From Paracoccus suum (GTDB lineage Bacteria > Pseudomonadota > Alphaproteobacteria > Rhodobacterales > Rhodobacteraceae), in NCBI RefSeq assembly GCF_003324675.1, contig NZ_CP030918.1:3150001-3182000 (forward strand): 32,000 nucleotides of DNA, read 5' to 3'. A model generated the notes under the pieces. It made no database searches and was not told where the DNA came from. It saw only the letters and a list, made by a program, of their open reading frames with translations. The position numbers and the translations under genes were made by a program. Positions 31,095 through 32,000 of this stretch are shown here, in pieces; within the stretch, counting starts at the first letter, position 1, and the number at the start of each line of letters is the position of its first letter.

Positions 31095-31976
31095 CTATGC
31101 CTTGCCCGGGTCGGCATCGCCGCGCACCGCACCTGCCGGCTCGCGCGCACTGACCGGACGCCCGGCCGAGCCGGCCTGCGCCTGCTGCTTGGTGGTCCCG
31201 GTCTCGTCCACCGGCGCGCCGGCGGCCGGCTGCGGCTCCTCCGTCGTGTCCCCCTCAGGGGTGTCCTTCGCGCTCAGCCAAGGGGTCAGCAGCGGGACCT
31301 CGGCGCCATCGATCCGCTTCAGCGTATCGCCGATGTCCACCGCCAGTTGTACGCTGCCGTTATAAGGCTGCACGGGATCATGCGTGTCGATCAGCGTCGT
31401 CGCGCCGCCCAGCGGCTCGGACGAATAGCGCCCGTTCTGCGGCCCGGGCAGCGGCACCTGCCCCGCTGCCATGGCGGCGATCAGCTGGCGCAGCTTTTCG
31501 GGCGTCAGGTCCTCGTAATAATCCTTGCCGATCTGAGCCATGGGCGCGTTGGTGCAGGCGCCGAGGCACTCGACCTCTTCCCAGCTGAAATTGCCGTCCG
31601 CGCTCAATTGGTGGGCCTGCGGCGCAATCATCTCGCGGCACACGGCGATCAGGTCCTCGGACCCGCAGATCATGCAGGACGTGGTGCCGCAGATCTGGAT
31701 ATTTGCAATTCTACCAACTGGTTGCAGCTGAAACATGAAGTAGAATGTGGCAACTTCCAGCGCCCGCATGAAAGGCAGTCCCAGCATCGTGGCGACATAT
31801 TCCAGTGCCGGGCGGGACAGCCAACCCTCCTGCTCCTGCGCGCGCCACAGGATCGGGATGATGGCCGAGGCCTGGCGGCCCTCGGGGAACTTGGTCATCT
31901 GGGCGTGCGCCCAGGCGAGATTGTCGGGCGTGAAGGCAAAGCTGTCGGGCTGGACGGGCGAAAGGCGGCGCAGCAT
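31095..31976 (-). CDS. nuoE: NADH-quinone oxidoreductase subunit E (with a low-complexity C-terminal tail)
   Basis: 293 aa with [24 protein letters not shown]-terminus. 2Fe-2S ligand context [11 protein letters not shown] and [12 protein letters not shown]. Confidence 0.95.
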   Translation of the reverse strand: MLRRLSPVQPDSFAFTPDNLAWAHAQMTKFPEGRQASAIIPILWRAQEQEGWLSRPALEYVATMLGLPFMRALEVATFYFMFQLQPVGRIANIQICGTTSCMICGSEDLIAVCREMIAPQAHQLSADGNFSWEEVECLGACTNAPMAQIGKDYYEDLTPEKLRQLIAAMAAGQVPLPGPQNGRYSSEPLGGATTLIDTHDPVQPYNGSVQLAVDIGDTLKRIDGAEVPLLTPWLSAKDTPEGDTTEEPQPAAGAPVDETGTTKQQAQAGSAGRPVSAREPAGAVRGDADPGKA

Positions 31977-32000
31977 CAGTGGGGCGTCCCGAAATAGAGC

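Noticed and set aside
31976-32000. A reading frame on the - strand ending with ..LYFGTPH-TGA, whose stop shares one base with the nuoE ATG.
   Set aside because: Only seven codons are visible. They do not match the NuoD C-terminus I remember (..FGEVDR-like). It could be another inserted frame or non-coding, so it is not callable from this window.

Overview
Very GC-rich alphaproteobacterial chromosomal core with Rhodobacteraceae-type (Paracoccus/Rhodobacter-like) gene order. Only a GapR-like gene (315..566) and a tRNA-Thr (1694..1768) are on the + strand. Everything from 1801 to 31976 is on the - strand. That block holds three units. (1) The distal part of the complex I operon, nuoE-F-G-H-I-J-K-L-M-N (31976 down to 15172), is interrupted by nine small non-nuo reading frames. 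(2) Housekeeping genes follow: birA-coaX-rnj, trmB and aroA-xthA. (3) A PotABCD-like ABC importer operon has one ATPase, three tandem paralogous periplasmic binding proteins and two permeases. I see no CRISPR array, transposase, integrase, phage module or recognisable defence or toxin genes, so I cannot claim a clearly new system. The least-explained content is the set of nine tightly packed frames inside the nuo operon: four predicted exported, three membrane and two soluble. Similar unidentified frames were noted in classical Paracoccus nqo and Rhodobacter nuo descriptions, and as far as I know they remain functionally unassigned. Secondary points are the triplicated binding-protein genes with GC-rich palindromes, low-complexity insertions in NuoL and NuoE, and overlapping nuoN-birA-coaX-rnj junctions. 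The many long ORFs antisense to these genes are high-GC shadow frames and were rejected. Coordinates of trimmed starts come from codon arithmetic on the supplied ORF track.
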